A stretch of 63,027 nt of DNA, counting the filler, from Sphacelaria rigidula (lineage: Eukaryota), in the NCBI GenBank assembly GCA_964200075.2. It is 10 parts of 10 records of this genome, joined end to end, with 100 filler letters (N's around TTAATTAATTAA, not from the genome) between each part and the next. Parts side by side here need not be neighbours in the genome. Positions count along the whole stretch, not along the records: positions 6,314 to 12,526 come from CAXNAA020021469.1; positions 12,627 to 18,839 come from CAXNAA020021470.1; positions 18,940 to 25,152 come from CAXNAA020021471.1; 7 more parts are not named here. One strand, 5' to 3'. Below are positions 11,097 to 23,417 of the stretch, one piece after another. Under the pieces are notes generated by a model. That model was given only the letters and a program-made list of their open reading frames with translations. It had not been told where the DNA came from and searched no databases. The translations under genes and the position numbers were made by a program. Each line of letters starts with the position of its first letter. Position 1 is the first letter of the stretch.

Positions 11097-11916
11097 CAAG
11101 CTCCTGTGCGACCCCAGCTGGTGCGCCCACATACACATATATACCGAAAGGTTTAGATCGGAGCCATGCCACGGTAGAAGTTCACTTTTTTTGCGAAGAT
11201 GTCTCTCGGGGTGTTGGACGGGCCACTTTGACAGTCGGCATCATTATAATATCTTGAAAAACACTGAAAATGATACGGATTCACGAAAAGACCCCGGCGT
11301 ACATTTCATTGTCCGGTCCCCGGATATTTCGATTGCACAGTAGTAAGCGAGAAAAATAAAGGCAAGCACCGCAGAAGGAAGGTGGCGTACTAAAAACAAC
11401 TGAAAAAGAACAAGCTCCTGTGTGACCCCGGCTGGTGCGCCCACATATATATATATATATACCAAAGGTGTAGATCGGAGCCATACAACGGTAGAAGTTC
11501 ACTTTTTTGACAAAAATGTCTCTCGGGGTATTATTGGACGGGCCACTTTGAGAGTCGGCATCATTATAATATCTTGAAAAATACTGAAAATGATGCCGAT
11601 TCACGAAAAGTCCCCTGCGTACATTTCAATGTCCGGTCCCCGGATATTTCGATTGCACAGTAAGCGATCAAAAATAAAGGCAAGCACCGCAGAAGGAAGG
11701 TGGCGTACTAAAAACGAATGAAAAAGAACAAGCTCCTGCGTGATCCGGCTGGTGCGCCCACATATATATACATACCGAGAGGTGTAGATCGGAGCCATAC
11801 TATGGTAAAAGTACACTTTTTTGGCGAAAATGTTTCTCAGGGTGTTGGACGGGTCACTTTGAGAATCGGCATCATTTTATCTTGAAAAATACTGAAAACA
11901 ATGATGCCAATTCACG
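11097..11916 (+). repeat. Tandem array of ~315-bp units (about 2.6 copies): SINE 3' part fused to a MITE left end
   Basis: Units start CAAGCTCCTG at 11097, 11411 and 11729. Each has the SINE segment ...CCGAAAGGTKTAGATCG followed by GAGCCAT...GGTAGAAGTTCACTTTTT, a diverged form of the GAGCAATGCTACGGTAGGGG terminal repeat. Confidence 0.9.
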
Positions 11917-11969
11917 TCTTGACTTTGTGTATTTGTTGGCATGATTTTTATTTTACGGTAAACGTTTTC

Positions 11970-12190
11970 CCCTCACATCATGCCCAGCAGCGGAGAGCGC
12001 ACATGTCGTGGGTACACAAAAATCAATTACGAGGGAAAGGGACTGCTGAACCCTTCTCGCGATAAAAAATAAAGGCCAGCACTGCAGCAAAAACAAATAA
12101 AAAAATACAAGCTCCTGTGTGACCCCGGCTGGTGGTGCGCGCGCGCACAGACACACACATATATATATACCGAAAGGTGTAGACCGGAGC
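11970..12190 (+). mobile_element. 5'-truncated tRNA-derived SINE copy
   Basis: CTCACATCATGCCCAGCAGCGGAGAGCG...GGGAAAGGGACTGCTGAACCC...GACCCCGGCTGG...CCGAAAGGTGTAGACC aligns with 17457-17690. Another fragment lies at about 10820-10882. Confidence 0.85.
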
Positions 12191-13400
12191 GATTGTAAAG
12201 GTTTACATTGCTTTTTCGTGAGTTACATACTACATGGTGGGAGTGTGACACCGGTTGTTTCGCGAGGGTTCTGTCGTATGCTTTCACGTTTCCGTCTTTA
12301 CTTTCTGCGATTGTTTGCGAGCAGTTTTTTCAGGAAAAACGTTTCCCCATCATACCTTTTTCTCGCAGTGGGTTTCAGCCCATGTGGTCCGTCGTAGCCT
12401 CGGTAAATACAGCGTTTTCGTGAGATTGAGAGTAGATCATACGATTGAGAGTGAAAAGCGGTCAATCAATGAATGAATCGATTCAGTTCCGAAATGCACT
12501 TCCACGAGTCCCAACATGCTTTCTGCNNNNNNNNNNNNNNNNNNNNNNNNNNNNNNNNNNNNNNNNNNNNTTAATTAATTAANNNNNNNNNNNNNNNNNN
12601 NNNNNNNNNNNNNNNNNNNNNNNNNNCCTATCAAAACGCTGCGACGGGTACAGATTTTGCATTTCACTGTCAGGGTTTTTTCACAAAGACTGTGGAGGAC
12701 CCTGTATGGACCCTGCACAGTGCGCCCCACAGGGTGCTATCTGTCCACGTGTGGAGAGTCAATCGATCACGCCCTAGCCTGTCGCGACTGCTCCCCCGTG
12801 TCACAGGGAGTTTGTGAGAAATACCTTCACCACAGTTATGAACGCCATGCACGGCAGGTAGCAGAACCGTGTCGTCTATTTTGCCGGCGAAGGCAAGCAA
12901 ACGATGAGATCGGCACCGTCTGCAATGCGATATCTAGCAGCAACAGTGGAGAAAATAACGAGCCCTGGGCTATTGCTGGAAATTCAGACCTTCCCCCATT
13001 TTTTTCATTGAACGATAATGGAGGCCGAAGTAAAGCGTGCGTTGCGAGAGCTCAAATAGACGCCTTTCGAGAGCTCAAATCGACGCCTTTGAACCGATTT
13101 TGGACAAAAACACGTTTTTGACGACCTGGGTCTAATGCTCATCACTGCTCACCTGCCCCACATCATGGATTTTCTCAGAACTTCCTTCAGTCTGAAATCA
13201 TGTAAAATCGAGTACCGATCATCACATTGGAAAATGCGGGTATATGATATGATGGGTGAATTATGATGCAATGCTGGTTAGACTATCACTCCTTTCGACT
13301 GCGATCGTTCATTGCGGCCAGCCGCTGGCTTCGTGCCACCCCTGGCCTGGTATGCTCCTAAAGAGTGATCACAATATCACCCCGTGGCTAGACCACAACT

Positions 13401-13429
13401 TGGTGACCAATCCGAGAATCGAACTCGGG
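13401..13429 (+). promoter_or_regulatory. Primer-binding site complementary to a mature tRNA 3' end
   Basis: The reverse complement is C-CCGAG-TTCGATT-CTCGG-ATTGGTC-A-CCA, i.e. T-stem/loop, acceptor 3' strand, discriminator base and CCA. Confidence 0.85.
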
Positions 13430-13520
13430 TTTTCACACAGGAGGTAGTCGTAAGACCAGGAGACCCGCTACTGCATATGTTGTTGAAGCTTTGCAATTCA
13501 AGACATCAGGTAGGGTGAGC

Positions 13521-13760
13521 ACGTCCCATTGGCTTTTGGAACCAAGCGCACATTGCCTGACACACTCCTTCCCTCCCCGACTTGCCGTGTCGACGCAAAA
13601 CCACGCATGTATCTAGCCTGACTTGCACTCATCTCACAAAAACGTCTCATTGGCTCTTTGAACGAAGCGCACATTGCTTGACACGCTGCTTCCCTCCCCG
13701 AGTGCCGTGCCGACGTAAAACCACGCATATATCTATAGCTGATTAGCACTTATCTCACAA
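13521..13760 (+). repeat. Tandem duplication, ~121-bp unit x2
   Basis: ACGTCYCATTGGCT...AAGCGCACATTGC...TTCCCTCCCCGA...AAAACCACGCAT...TCTCACAA starts at 13521 and again at 13642. Confidence 0.9.
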
Positions 13761-16700
13761 GAAGCAGAACCACGTTTAGTACTGGATTCTTGCGTAGAAT
13801 AGAGCGAACAGCACCAATGCGAGGTAAGACTGGTGATGGATCCGGAAAGAGAGATCTCAACGACTCGGGATGGCAATGGCAGGAATTGCAGCAATGGTAC
13901 ACGGTACATGGAAAGTTGACAAGGATCGATTCGGCACGCGGTCCAAAGGTGGTGATGCAAGGACACAAAATACGTATGCGCAAGATAGCCCGCCGTAGGT
14001 CGAACCGTATCTCGTTACCCGCCTCACCCAAGATAGTCAATCGCAGACGGTTCCGCCTCGTTTGTCTGAAAACTAGACTTCAAGGCGACGCCAACCTTGA
14101 ACCCAAAATCCTACCTCCTCACCCGGAAAGACCGTCGCGAGTCTCAATCAAGAGAAAATCAGATGGGAAAAAGCGAGGAAAGGCTCAGGATGGAGCAATG
14201 TCGGAGGGGTTACCAGGAAGCGGAATGCTGGAAAGCCTCACGCTCCCACGAGTGGACGGGTCCCACGTCCTTTGGCATCTGCACCACCGGGCCAAGGCAT
14301 CAAGTGTGCCATCCCGTCCGAGCACGCCATGTTCCTCTGTCGCGCAGGGATACTCTGAACTTGTCCTCCATACGTTCCGTATTCTGAGAGGATTTTGACG
14401 GAGCTGAGCGAAAAAGACAAGTGTTCGACGACGTCAAACGCTTCGGGAGAGTTATAAGACGGCGAAGACTGCGTGGAGTCTTCAAGTGAAGAGTTCCAGC
14501 AAATGGCCTACACGAGCGAGCCTATGGCATTGAGCGAACAAAGCAGAAAAAAGCATTAATTTTGTACGAAGGAGATAATAGGGGATCGTTTTGTGCTGCG
14601 TTACATGAGCGAGCACCGTTCCGTCATTTTTGTCCAAGTAATGAACAGTAGTTCGGTAGTGCCTTCTTTTCACTGGAACAGCTCTTCGGGGTTTGTTTTG
14701 TACCCTCCCTAGGTCTGCTTTCACTCGTGCTTTCCCGTTGATAATGAGCTAGACTACATATTTGGTCATCGTTTGCGGCTTCATTATCTTCAAGAAGATT
14801 GATCTTGATTCAGTTTCAGAGCATGGTCCGCCTTGTTCAGTTTTTCGCCTCGTTCTTCTTGGGACGAAAAACTTTCTCCGTAGGCCCTCGTTGTTTTTCT
14901 CTGTTCGGGTTTCTGTTCAGGACCCCTCCATTTGTTCCTTTTTTCTCGTCCGTTTTGTTTTTTTTTGCTTTTGTAAAACCTGATCGTTTTTCTCGTCTCG
15001 GTCTTCGCCATTTTTTTCCTGTTTTTATGTTTCATGCGTTTCTTCACTGCATTGTGGACCTGGTATGTATTTCTTAGTTTTCCCTCATGTTCCCATTTCC
15101 TTTCTCCCGTTTTTTTCTTGTGTAGGTCTGGTTTGTTTCTCCGGCACTATTTTTCGGTTTGTTTTCCTTTCCACGCTTGCGTGGGATCAATCTTCTTCCG
15201 CCTTTTGTTTTTTTCCCAGTCTTGCATTCCGTGGAGATTACTTAATTCTCCGTTGTGTCAGACCTGATTGCACCCTTTACTTCAGGCCCCTGGTCCGTTC
15301 ATCCCGTTTCTTCATCCTCGGAGAACGTTAATCCGATTCTAGGGTGCCCCACCCCTTCCAAGTAGAAAAATTCATGTCGTGGAGGTCAGCATTGTACGAA
15401 AAGGGTGGGGAACGAGTACCTGCTTGGACACTTTACCACGACGGAACTGTTGATCTGAAATGGAGTCCCCCGATCTCCAATAGGTCCGTTGCTGCTGGCG
15501 GGTGAGAGAAAAGCCTACGCACTCTCATCAACTAGTGTGCGCTTTCTTGGGGTTTTCGAGTGGGTCGGCTTTTCTTGAGAGTCCTACACTGCTCAGAATT
15601 GGTGTAACCAATCAGGGGTGTTTAAGCGCCGTTACCATTGGAAAATAGTCACCGGCTATTCTCGGTGGTTTCTGTTCCCAGTGTAACTGGGAGCCCGGAA
15701 CGACGTAGCATATGCGAAAGCACTCGCTGAGATCCGAAGGGGCGTGAGAGAGCTTTCCCCCCCAAAATGAGGCTTTCCCCCCCCTGAATAACAGGTTTCC
15801 CTCATCTTTTTACTTTCATGCGTTTTTCCCGCGGTCAGCTGTAGCCCCGACATCCTGCGGTTTTCTCGTCTTTGACCTTATATTAGGCTGATAGCAAAGA
15901 AACTTGAGTGAATCACCTGGAGTGAATTGAGCTGTTTCTGTCCTGGTCTTGCATGAGCTGCCTGCACAAAGCAAGGCAGGGGGATGTCACTGTGGATACC
16001 GACGGTATATGTAGTAGGCATTTAGAAGTGCACATGACATGTACAGTCGGTTTTATTCCATTCGCATATTGGTGTCGTGTTCCAATTAGACGTGCTCAGT
16101 CGGGGCCCTGGCCTATGACAACTTTTCCATCACGTAGCACCTTCGGTTCTAGCCAATCAGTAGCCAAGCACCATGACAAAAGCTATCAGCCAAACTTGGA
16201 GACATCCCGCTTGCACGCAAGTCAAGAGCACCTCACTGCACGTGAAAGTAAGTCCCTGTTTGGCCTGATGATGCAGTGCTGGTCGGACGCAAGAATCAGT
16301 CCTCTCGACTGCGATCGTTCATTGCGGCCAGCCGCTGGCTTCGTGCCACCCCTGGCCTGGTATGTTCCTCAAGAGTGATATCAGTATCACCTCGTGGCCA
16401 GACCACAACACACTAGCGAGAAGCCAGCACACATCTTCAGCACACTGGAGCATCACCAGAAATATTGCTCGTCACGGAGCATAGGACGTACTACAGCATG
16501 ACATCGGTTGAACTTTTCGTGTTTTGTTTGAAATGGAACACCACGATCGAGTGAGGGCGTGGACAGAGGCGAGCAGCTACAACATCACCACCGAAAAACG
16601 AACCGGAAAAGATGAACGAACGCTACAAAAGTAACATCATTATCGAGTACAGATCCAGCAAGATATTTGTCAATGACTGCTTGACTGGTGGAGAGACTAT

Positions 16701-17188
16701 TTGAGGAGATATTGGCTGTGCACTGGTAGCGCATGATGGTTGGCAAGCACGTCGAAATCGATGAAAGGTTTTGTTATCATACATACCCCGTTCGATACAA
16801 TACACAGTCATGAAATGCACTGCGTACAGTATCGACTATTGCGCCTGTAGCAGTAGACAATAGATTTCACATTGTACACAATACATCTTCCTACAATAAT
16901 AGAAGCTTTTGTCCAGGGTGTGTTCGCTACACTGTTTTTCATGCATGGGCCTGTATGAAGGATCGAGCTTTATTTGAAACTGTGCACCAGGAGTACCGTA
17001 CACCGTACGTACCGGATTTGTTTATCAACCTGTGTACAGAAGTTCTTGATGACGCACTAAGGTCATATGCCTCAAGTCGCGCCCATAATAAGCGTTGGAG
17101 CACAAAAACGATATATCAAAGACATTGTTGGAAATCTGACACACAACTTTTAGTTTATATGCATTTTCCATGTTATGGGATTCGGCTA

Positions 17189-17375
17189 CAGTGAGGGTCA
17201 CGGTTCAAGAGAGCTCAGTTGAAGAGAATTGCAGGTTCTAGAGAGGTGAAAAAAACTTGGCGCGCCTCTCTCTTAGGACGAACCCTGGTTCCTTCTAAAC
17301 CGGACCCATCTTTTTAAACCGACCTCTCTTTTCTCTCAAACCGGATCCACCCCCGAATCCCACGCTCCTTCACTG
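17189..17375. mobile_element. Tc1/mariner-type MITE
   Basis: TA|CAGTGAGGG...CCTTCACTG|TA. A related partial copy (CGGTTCAAGAGAG...AAACCGTGCCCCCCACTA) lies at about 18401-18504. Confidence 0.6.
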
Positions 17376-17384
17376 TACAGTACT

Positions 17385-17717
17385 GTAGTTGGTACGCTCG
17401 AAACCTTCTGACGGTTGGGTCGTGGGTTCAAATCTCGGAGTGATCTGGGATTTTTTCTCACGCCATGTCCAACAGTGGAGAGCGACTATGTCGTAGGTTC
17501 ACAAAATTCGTCTTAATGGTTGACAAGGGAAAGGGACTGCTGAACCCCTCTCGCGATAAAAAATATAAGGCATGCACCGCAGAAGGTAGAGTAGTAAAAA
17601 CAGGCAGAGAAAAGCTCCTGTGTTGACCTTCCTCCCATGTGACCCCGGCTGGTGCGACCACATAAACCGAAAGGTGTAGACCGGCGTCCAGAATAGAAAA
17701 GACGACAACACACACAC
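17385..17717 (+). mobile_element. tRNA-derived SINE, near full length
   Basis: B-box-like GGTTCAAATC at about 17425, a body shared with 53453-53816 and 11970-12190, and an ACACACAC tail. Confidence 0.85.
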
Positions 17718-18571
17718 TGTAGCCCGAAAAAAACATCTCCGAACGTTCAGCAGTTGTATCATACGAACAGCTTCAAGCTCCACTGGCTGCGAGCATGATG
17801 CCGTGTGTGGCGGGTATTACATTGTTCGTACAGCAGTATAACTGCAGAGAGGTGTAACATGGCGGAGGTGTCGTACCATCTTCGTAAGGCCAAGCTGGCC
17901 TGGATGAACGGGTTTGAGTCGAGGAAACCAAAATAAACTTGCATGGCAGACTTCATGCATGTAGCAATGCAGAAGCTGCCGATGAGCGCATGTCAAATGT
18001 TGCTGGGCAGGACGAGTGTAGGTACTTGAGTTTCACTGGTGGTGGGAGAATCACTTATACAGCAGTACAAAGTACAGTACTGTTTGTGTGGGTTCTCGTC
18101 TTTTTGCCTTATTTTGTTCTTTGCTTCTGAGATGTGACGTGTGCGTAGCGTGCATGTGTTGGGTTGGCCGCTCTGTTCAGGTGATGTGGGGATAACGTTG
18201 ATAACGCGGAATATATTGACTTTTTCAAACTGTGATGACGCGGAATATACTGATTTCTTCATAACAAGGGGGGACCGTACTGGACGCGGGTCCCGTAGCG
18301 CACAATAACATTGCGTGAACGATATGAGATGCTCCTTCAACACTTTGATCTGTACCACGGCACAAGCGGCCCTTCAAAGACTGTCAATAACCCATTTTTT
18401 CGGTTCAAGAGAGGTTTTCCCTCAAACCGATTTAGTAGAAGGTCGTGTTCAAGACAGGTTTTCTTGATCTGCCGAACCCCCCACTGAAACCGTGCCCCCC
18501 ACTATATATAGCAAATACCGGTACATCATATTGTCTTTCCCTTGCTCCAAAAAATAAATCATCCCCAAATG

Positions 18572-18652
18572 ACCAACCATCCATCCATCCATCCATCCAT
18601 CCAATAAATTAATTAATTAATTAAATTTATTTATATATATTATTATTATTAT
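18572..18652. repeat. Compound microsatellite (CCAT)n/(TAAT)n/(TAT)n
   Basis: Directly visible in the sequence. Confidence 0.9.
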
Positions 18653-20492
18653 GATTGCGGTTCAATGAAACTGTTAACAATTTAGTGCCGTTTCATGTGG
18701 ATCTTTGATGTAGACGTATGTCCCAACACGTGTAGCCACATAAGCTCGTAGAATACTGCATCAAAAACAGCCAATCATCTATGTTGAGGATGGTGCTTTT
18801 GATTGAGGATGAGAACCCGGAGGATTAAAATCTTCGTATNNNNNNNNNNNNNNNNNNNNNNNNNNNNNNNNNNNNNNNNNNNNTTAATTAATTAANNNNN
18901 NNNNNNNNNNNNNNNNNNNNNNNNNNNNNNNNNNNNNNNCAAGCTCCCCTTCTGTGAGCTTGACTGTACACCACACCACAAGCGTATTCTGTGAGCTTGA
19001 CTGGTTTATGGTCTGTCTGTCATCCGAGACAAGGTGCGGGTCATCGCTGCTCGCCCCCCGTCTCTCACTCAACACCTCAACCCTCTTCTGGGATCTTGTC
19101 CTGTCCTCAACCGACCGTCATTGCTTAATCGATAGAGCGCTCTGCTGTCTCAGAGAGGCGAGGGCTCATAACCTTCTGGCGGCATTCTTCTGTTGTGTAG
19201 TGACCCATATTGGCGTCAACTTTAGGATGCCGTGTGCTGATTATTATTAGGATTAGTGCCATATGTATTTATTAGTGATGTATTACTACTGTGCATGCGC
19301 TTCTTCCCTTCGAAAGGTCCTTCCGATCATACCGTTCTCCGATAGCCCAGTCGCAAAGTGCTTCCATGGCCCTGGCGCGGGACTGTCGGGGTCTCTGTGG
19401 GACCGCTTATAGTCTACCGTCTATGATTCTACTTTTGCCAATTTCATTCTTCGTTCATTTTCGAGATTCATCTCCTTTTCTCGTTCCTTCACATAGTCCG
19501 TGCGAATGTTTTCTCCCTTATTTTCCCAGGGTTTTTGAAAAATATGACTATAGTTGGTTTCGTAGCGAATCAGTTTTTTTTTTCGTCACACTGTAACCTC
19601 TTCACAGGATAAGGCTCAAGTACGAGCGCATTGAAACAAACAAACCAGGATTGTAATCAGTCTCGTGATGCAGGAGGGGTTGGTTAAGTCGTAACAGTAT
19701 TTGTGCGGGAAAATCGTTTGTGTGTGTATGTGTGCACACTGATTTCGTGTGAATTGTCCATGTTCTGTAAAATTAAACATGGATGGCAGCCTATATTTTG
19801 AGCTCTGCAATTATTTTTGTGATAAGTCTCATGGCCGACAGATTTACAGAGGAACACGAACGAGGCTACTGAGCAGGATGAGGAGAACAGATATCGATAC
19901 GCTACTCTGTAGCATAACAGTGCACAAACATTGTAGCTGTAGTGTCCGTCTCCTCCCCGAAAAAGCACAGCTTCAACAGATGATATCGTAGGCAGCAATG
20001 TTGTGCCTGACACAAGGTAGCCTTCGTCCGAAGGGCACCAACATTTTATTCACGTACGCTAAAAACCCATGGACTTTACCCGCGGAATGATCAACAATCA
20101 GTAGGAAGCAGAACAGGTGGTAGTCACAGAAAATTGGTCGCCAGTTCCTATCATTAATAGTGAGATCTTAGACAGAAAGAAGCTTGTAAACCCAACAACG
20201 GTTTCGGGCCCAACACCAACTACAACCACGAACGTTTCGTTAACCAGAATCTCACGATGAATTTTCAACCCCTCCCCTTCCTCGCTCCGTCTCGAAAGGG
20301 ATGCGTGGTCAATGGTCAAACGACTAAGGCAAGCAACAAATGAGTACGCCCCCCCCCTCCTCGGGACGAGTCCGTGGTCACAAAGGGCCAACCTCTCTCT
20401 CCGCCGGTACACGCCTTACATTTTAGTATCGCGAATTGGATCATGGCCATCACTAGTCCCGCACCGCTTCGACTGTCGTCAAACTCAGTCAA

Positions 20493-20750
20493 GAGCAATG
20501 CTACGGTAGGGGTGAACTTTTTTCACGAAATTATGTCTAGTTCAGGGACTCCTAACGATTCTAGATGCACAAAAATATGGGTCAGGGCATCCCCGTTTGC
20601 ATATTCATTCGGGATATCCCCAGCATATTTGAAGTAGTAATCCTGGCGTACTTTCACATATTTTCATAGATCGTGTTTTGCCTGAGATAAAGGGCTCCTA
20701 ACAATGCTGACCTCAGAGAATATTTGTGCACCCCTACCGTAACATCACTC
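20493..20750. mobile_element. MITE with GAG...CTC termini, probable Sola-like (copy 2)
   Basis: GAGCAATGCTACGGTAGGGGTG...CACCCCTACCGTAACATCACTC, flanked on both sides by TCAA (4-bp target-site duplication). The interior is colinear with 9916-10177. Confidence 0.88.
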
Positions 20751-21058
20751 TCAAACGCCATCTCTTCTGCTACTCACGTACGTCCTTACTCTTTCAACAA
20801 TGGAAATTAATATACTCGGCGAAAAGTAATAGATAAACGAGTCTGGCGAGAATAGAACCCACAGTGTTCGATCTAAGGGTGTAAGTTGAACCAAGAGAAA
20901 AGCGTAGTGAATCAGAACGAGAGATCAACCAGTCAATCTACATGTACACGAAAGTAAACTTCACGAGCATCTTGCTGGGCTAGCGTGCTGAACGTGTCTC
21001 GTGACGCCAGGAACTGAATGCGGACTTCCTTACCCGCCAAGACTTTTGTCTACATCGG

Positions 21059-21110
21059 CAGACATGACAGACATGACAGACATGACAGACATGGCAGACA
21101 TGACAGACAT
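21059..21110. repeat. 9-bp minisatellite (CAGACATGA)n, intronic
   Basis: CAGACATGACAGACATGACAGACATGACAGACATGGCAGACATGACAGACAT. Confidence 0.9.
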
Positions 21111-21121
21111 CACGCACGTAC

Positions 21122-21614
21122 CTTCGGCCCCGCCGCTCGGTGAATCGCCCCGTCCACGCCGCCGCCTCCTAGCATCTGCGGACGAAAACGATGGGCGTAC
21201 GTGTACCACCGGGTCGACATGGACAAACGTGGCCGTACAGTCAAAACCGAGGGTGGCTACATCCTGAGTATACCTGTCCGACAGCACTATTATATCAGTA
21301 CGCCCTGTGTTTGAAGAGCGTGCCAGTGAGGCAGTGTCCCAAATGAGACAGTAGTTGGATAATCGGGTAAAACAGTGTGTGGTTCGAGTCATTGGTCGTC
21401 GCACATTAACTGATCGCCGAGGGATCCACCCATGTTCATTATCCACATGATAGACGAACCCAAGGCGAGAAAAAACAAAAAGGAAAACTTCGTCCAAATA
21501 GAAGAGAAAATGTGGCGGGAAGGGGGGGGGGGGGGGGGGAGAGTAATAAAAAAAAAAAAAAAGAAGAGGAAAAGAGAAGGGGCTGCCTGTGGGGATTAGG
21601 ANNNNNNNNNNAAA

Positions 21615-21646
<32 letters not shown>

Positions 21647-22490
21647 AAAAAAGAAAAAAAAGAAGAAAAGAAGGAGGGGGGGGGGGGGGGGGGGGGGGGG
21701 GGTGGGGGGGGGGGGTAAGAGTCATAACAAGAACAAAAAAGACGCAGAAAAGGAAAGGAGCTACCTGTGAGGATCAGAAAAAAAAGGAGCCGGTCGAGAT
21801 GGAATAGAATGAAATATCATTCCTTTTCTTTCCCTTTTCTATCGATGTGCTTTTCTCAGCAAATCCCAAGTTTTTTCTTGTTTTGTTTTTCACCCCGTTG
21901 ATCTCGGGGAAGGTACCTCTTGTGTTCCTCTCGGCGTCTTCCTTCTTTTTCTCATTTTGTTAATATTTCAGTTGATCGCGCTTGTTCTTGTAATTAGGTT
22001 GCCGTCTTGAAGAACAAATGGTGGGGGACTATGTCTTGTAAGGAATAGCAGGGACGGTATTGGAAAGACGAGCCCACGTCTGTGACCACGGGTTCGAGAG
22101 ATCGGACTCATGTGCGGAAATAATAATGATGAGATGACCTGGACACGGCCGGCCCCTGCCGCATGGCTTCAGGTGAAAAAGGTCGTGCGCAAAGGAACCA
22201 CACACACAACCATGCACAGAACAAAACAGGATGTGTGAAGTCCGACAAGGAGGCACAGCAACGCTAGAGCTAGACGGAGAGATTTTTAACGAGACATACT
22301 CCTTTCACAATTCTGCGACTGTTGGCATAAGTTTGTAGAGGATACTTACTGTACACAACTTGGGGGTCAAGCACCACCTCGTCTCACTGGGTACTGTCGA
22401 CTCAATGCCCATCGTGTGGATGCACCGTTTCACTCACACGTTCATTAGCAGCGTTGACAATGGCGTCGCCCTCCCACTGGGTCAAGTCGC
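21122..22490 (-). CDS. MacroD-type macrodomain protein (ADP-ribose / O-acetyl-ADP-ribose hydrolase), partial
   Basis: Exons 22490-22438 ((G)DLTQWEGDAIVNAANER) and 21175-21122 (MLGGGGVDGAIHRAAGPK) join in phase to give the NAAN..LGGGGVDGAIHRAAG signature. A candidate first exon is 24438-24345 (MRLNLSKVPSFGALLFGGSRHVMTTMGVNGS, phase 1). Downstream exons were not found. Confidence 0.92.
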
Positions 22491-22877
22491 CTGCGCAGAG
22501 GGCGAAGGAGATACAAACGTCAAATTTCAACTGCATGGCGCCGCAAATATTGGGCAGTGCCTATAGGTAATATAGCAACATCTGAGATCACGATCCTTGT
22601 CTTGGTTCCGAGAGTATCAAGACATGAGAAAAGGAGGGCATCGCTAGCTATTTGGAAACAAGGAGTGAGATTGCAGATGCTCCTCGGTTCCACGGAACGT
22701 AGTCCGACCAAATGACATGGAGAGTGCGGGGGTGATGGGTCTAGACGAGGTCCATCGTGTGCCCTTGACGAAAAATCATGTATCTTATATCCACAGCTAT
22801 CAACAAATCTGTAGTGTTCGACGACCCAACGCTAAACTGCACAGTTGTCATTTGCCCGGTGGATTATATTTGCACTA

Positions 22878-23417
22878 CAGTAGTGGGCGGTCCAACTTTT
22901 CATTTTGTGATTTCTTCGTGATTGGCGATTTTCTTGGGCTCTTTTCGCTCGCCACCCCTTATCACATCGGGAATCTGAAGATATTTGTATCCGCTCCAAA
23001 CTCCAAGAAGAGAAAAACATCTCTACTCAATATGGAGTGACTTACGGACTGACCGATCGTCGGGCGTCCTGCCACGTTTCAGTCCAGATTCTTAATATTT
23101 GGTATTTTCGGTCCATCGAGCCCGTCCCGATCATATTTGCAGAGAAATGTACAGTTTTATTTTTTGAAATTCTGCCTACTCAGAGCGCCAGGGCCGAAAA
23201 AGTGTGTTTCACGGTCAATAACACCCTCCTGATAAACGGGGTATTTTCTCGTTTCGCCCCATAACACCAAGTAACACTGACTTGGGCACTGTGTTTCGAA
23301 AATGATCTATTTTGTTTTACCAAAATCTACCGAAGCTAACAGTTTCGAGTTCTATCGAAGAGTAGTACGCGAGCAAAACCCCGAAACGCCCCTAAATAGT
23401 TAGACCGCCCACTACTG
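22878..23417. mobile_element. Tc1/mariner-type MITE (540 bp)
   Basis: TA|CAGTAGTGGGCGGTCCAACT ... AGTTAGACCGCCCACTACTG|TA, with a 19/20 terminal inverted repeat match and TA target-site duplication. Confidence 0.88.

Larger units (their letters stand above)
13263..16410 (+). mobile_element. Non-autonomous or decayed LTR retrotransposon
   Basis: Direct repeat 13263-13399 vs 16268-16409, ending GACCACAAC. The first copy is followed by a TGG primer-binding site (13401-13429). A purine tract AAAGCAAGGCAGGGGGA precedes TGT at 15985, giving a putative 3' LTR of 15985-16410 (TGT...ACA). No intact gag/pol ORF is present. Confidence 0.7.

Noticed and set aside
11097..11916. CRISPR-like array
   Set aside because: The units are ~315-bp whole-unit duplications without unique spacers, in a eukaryotic context with no cas genes.
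13401..13450. Functional tRNA gene on the minus strand
   Set aside because: Only the 3' half with an encoded CCA is present, with no D-arm or 5' acceptor strand. The position fits a primer-binding site.
15350..15440. Chromodomain remnant (FQVEKFMSWR...NEYL) in the LTR element
   Set aside because: It requires a frameshift and has too few matching residues.
22561..22647. Extra macrodomain exon (ASDALLF...TRIVISD)
   Set aside because: The acceptor and content are plausible, but there is no in-phase GT donor. It would need a weak GC donor, so it was left uncalled.
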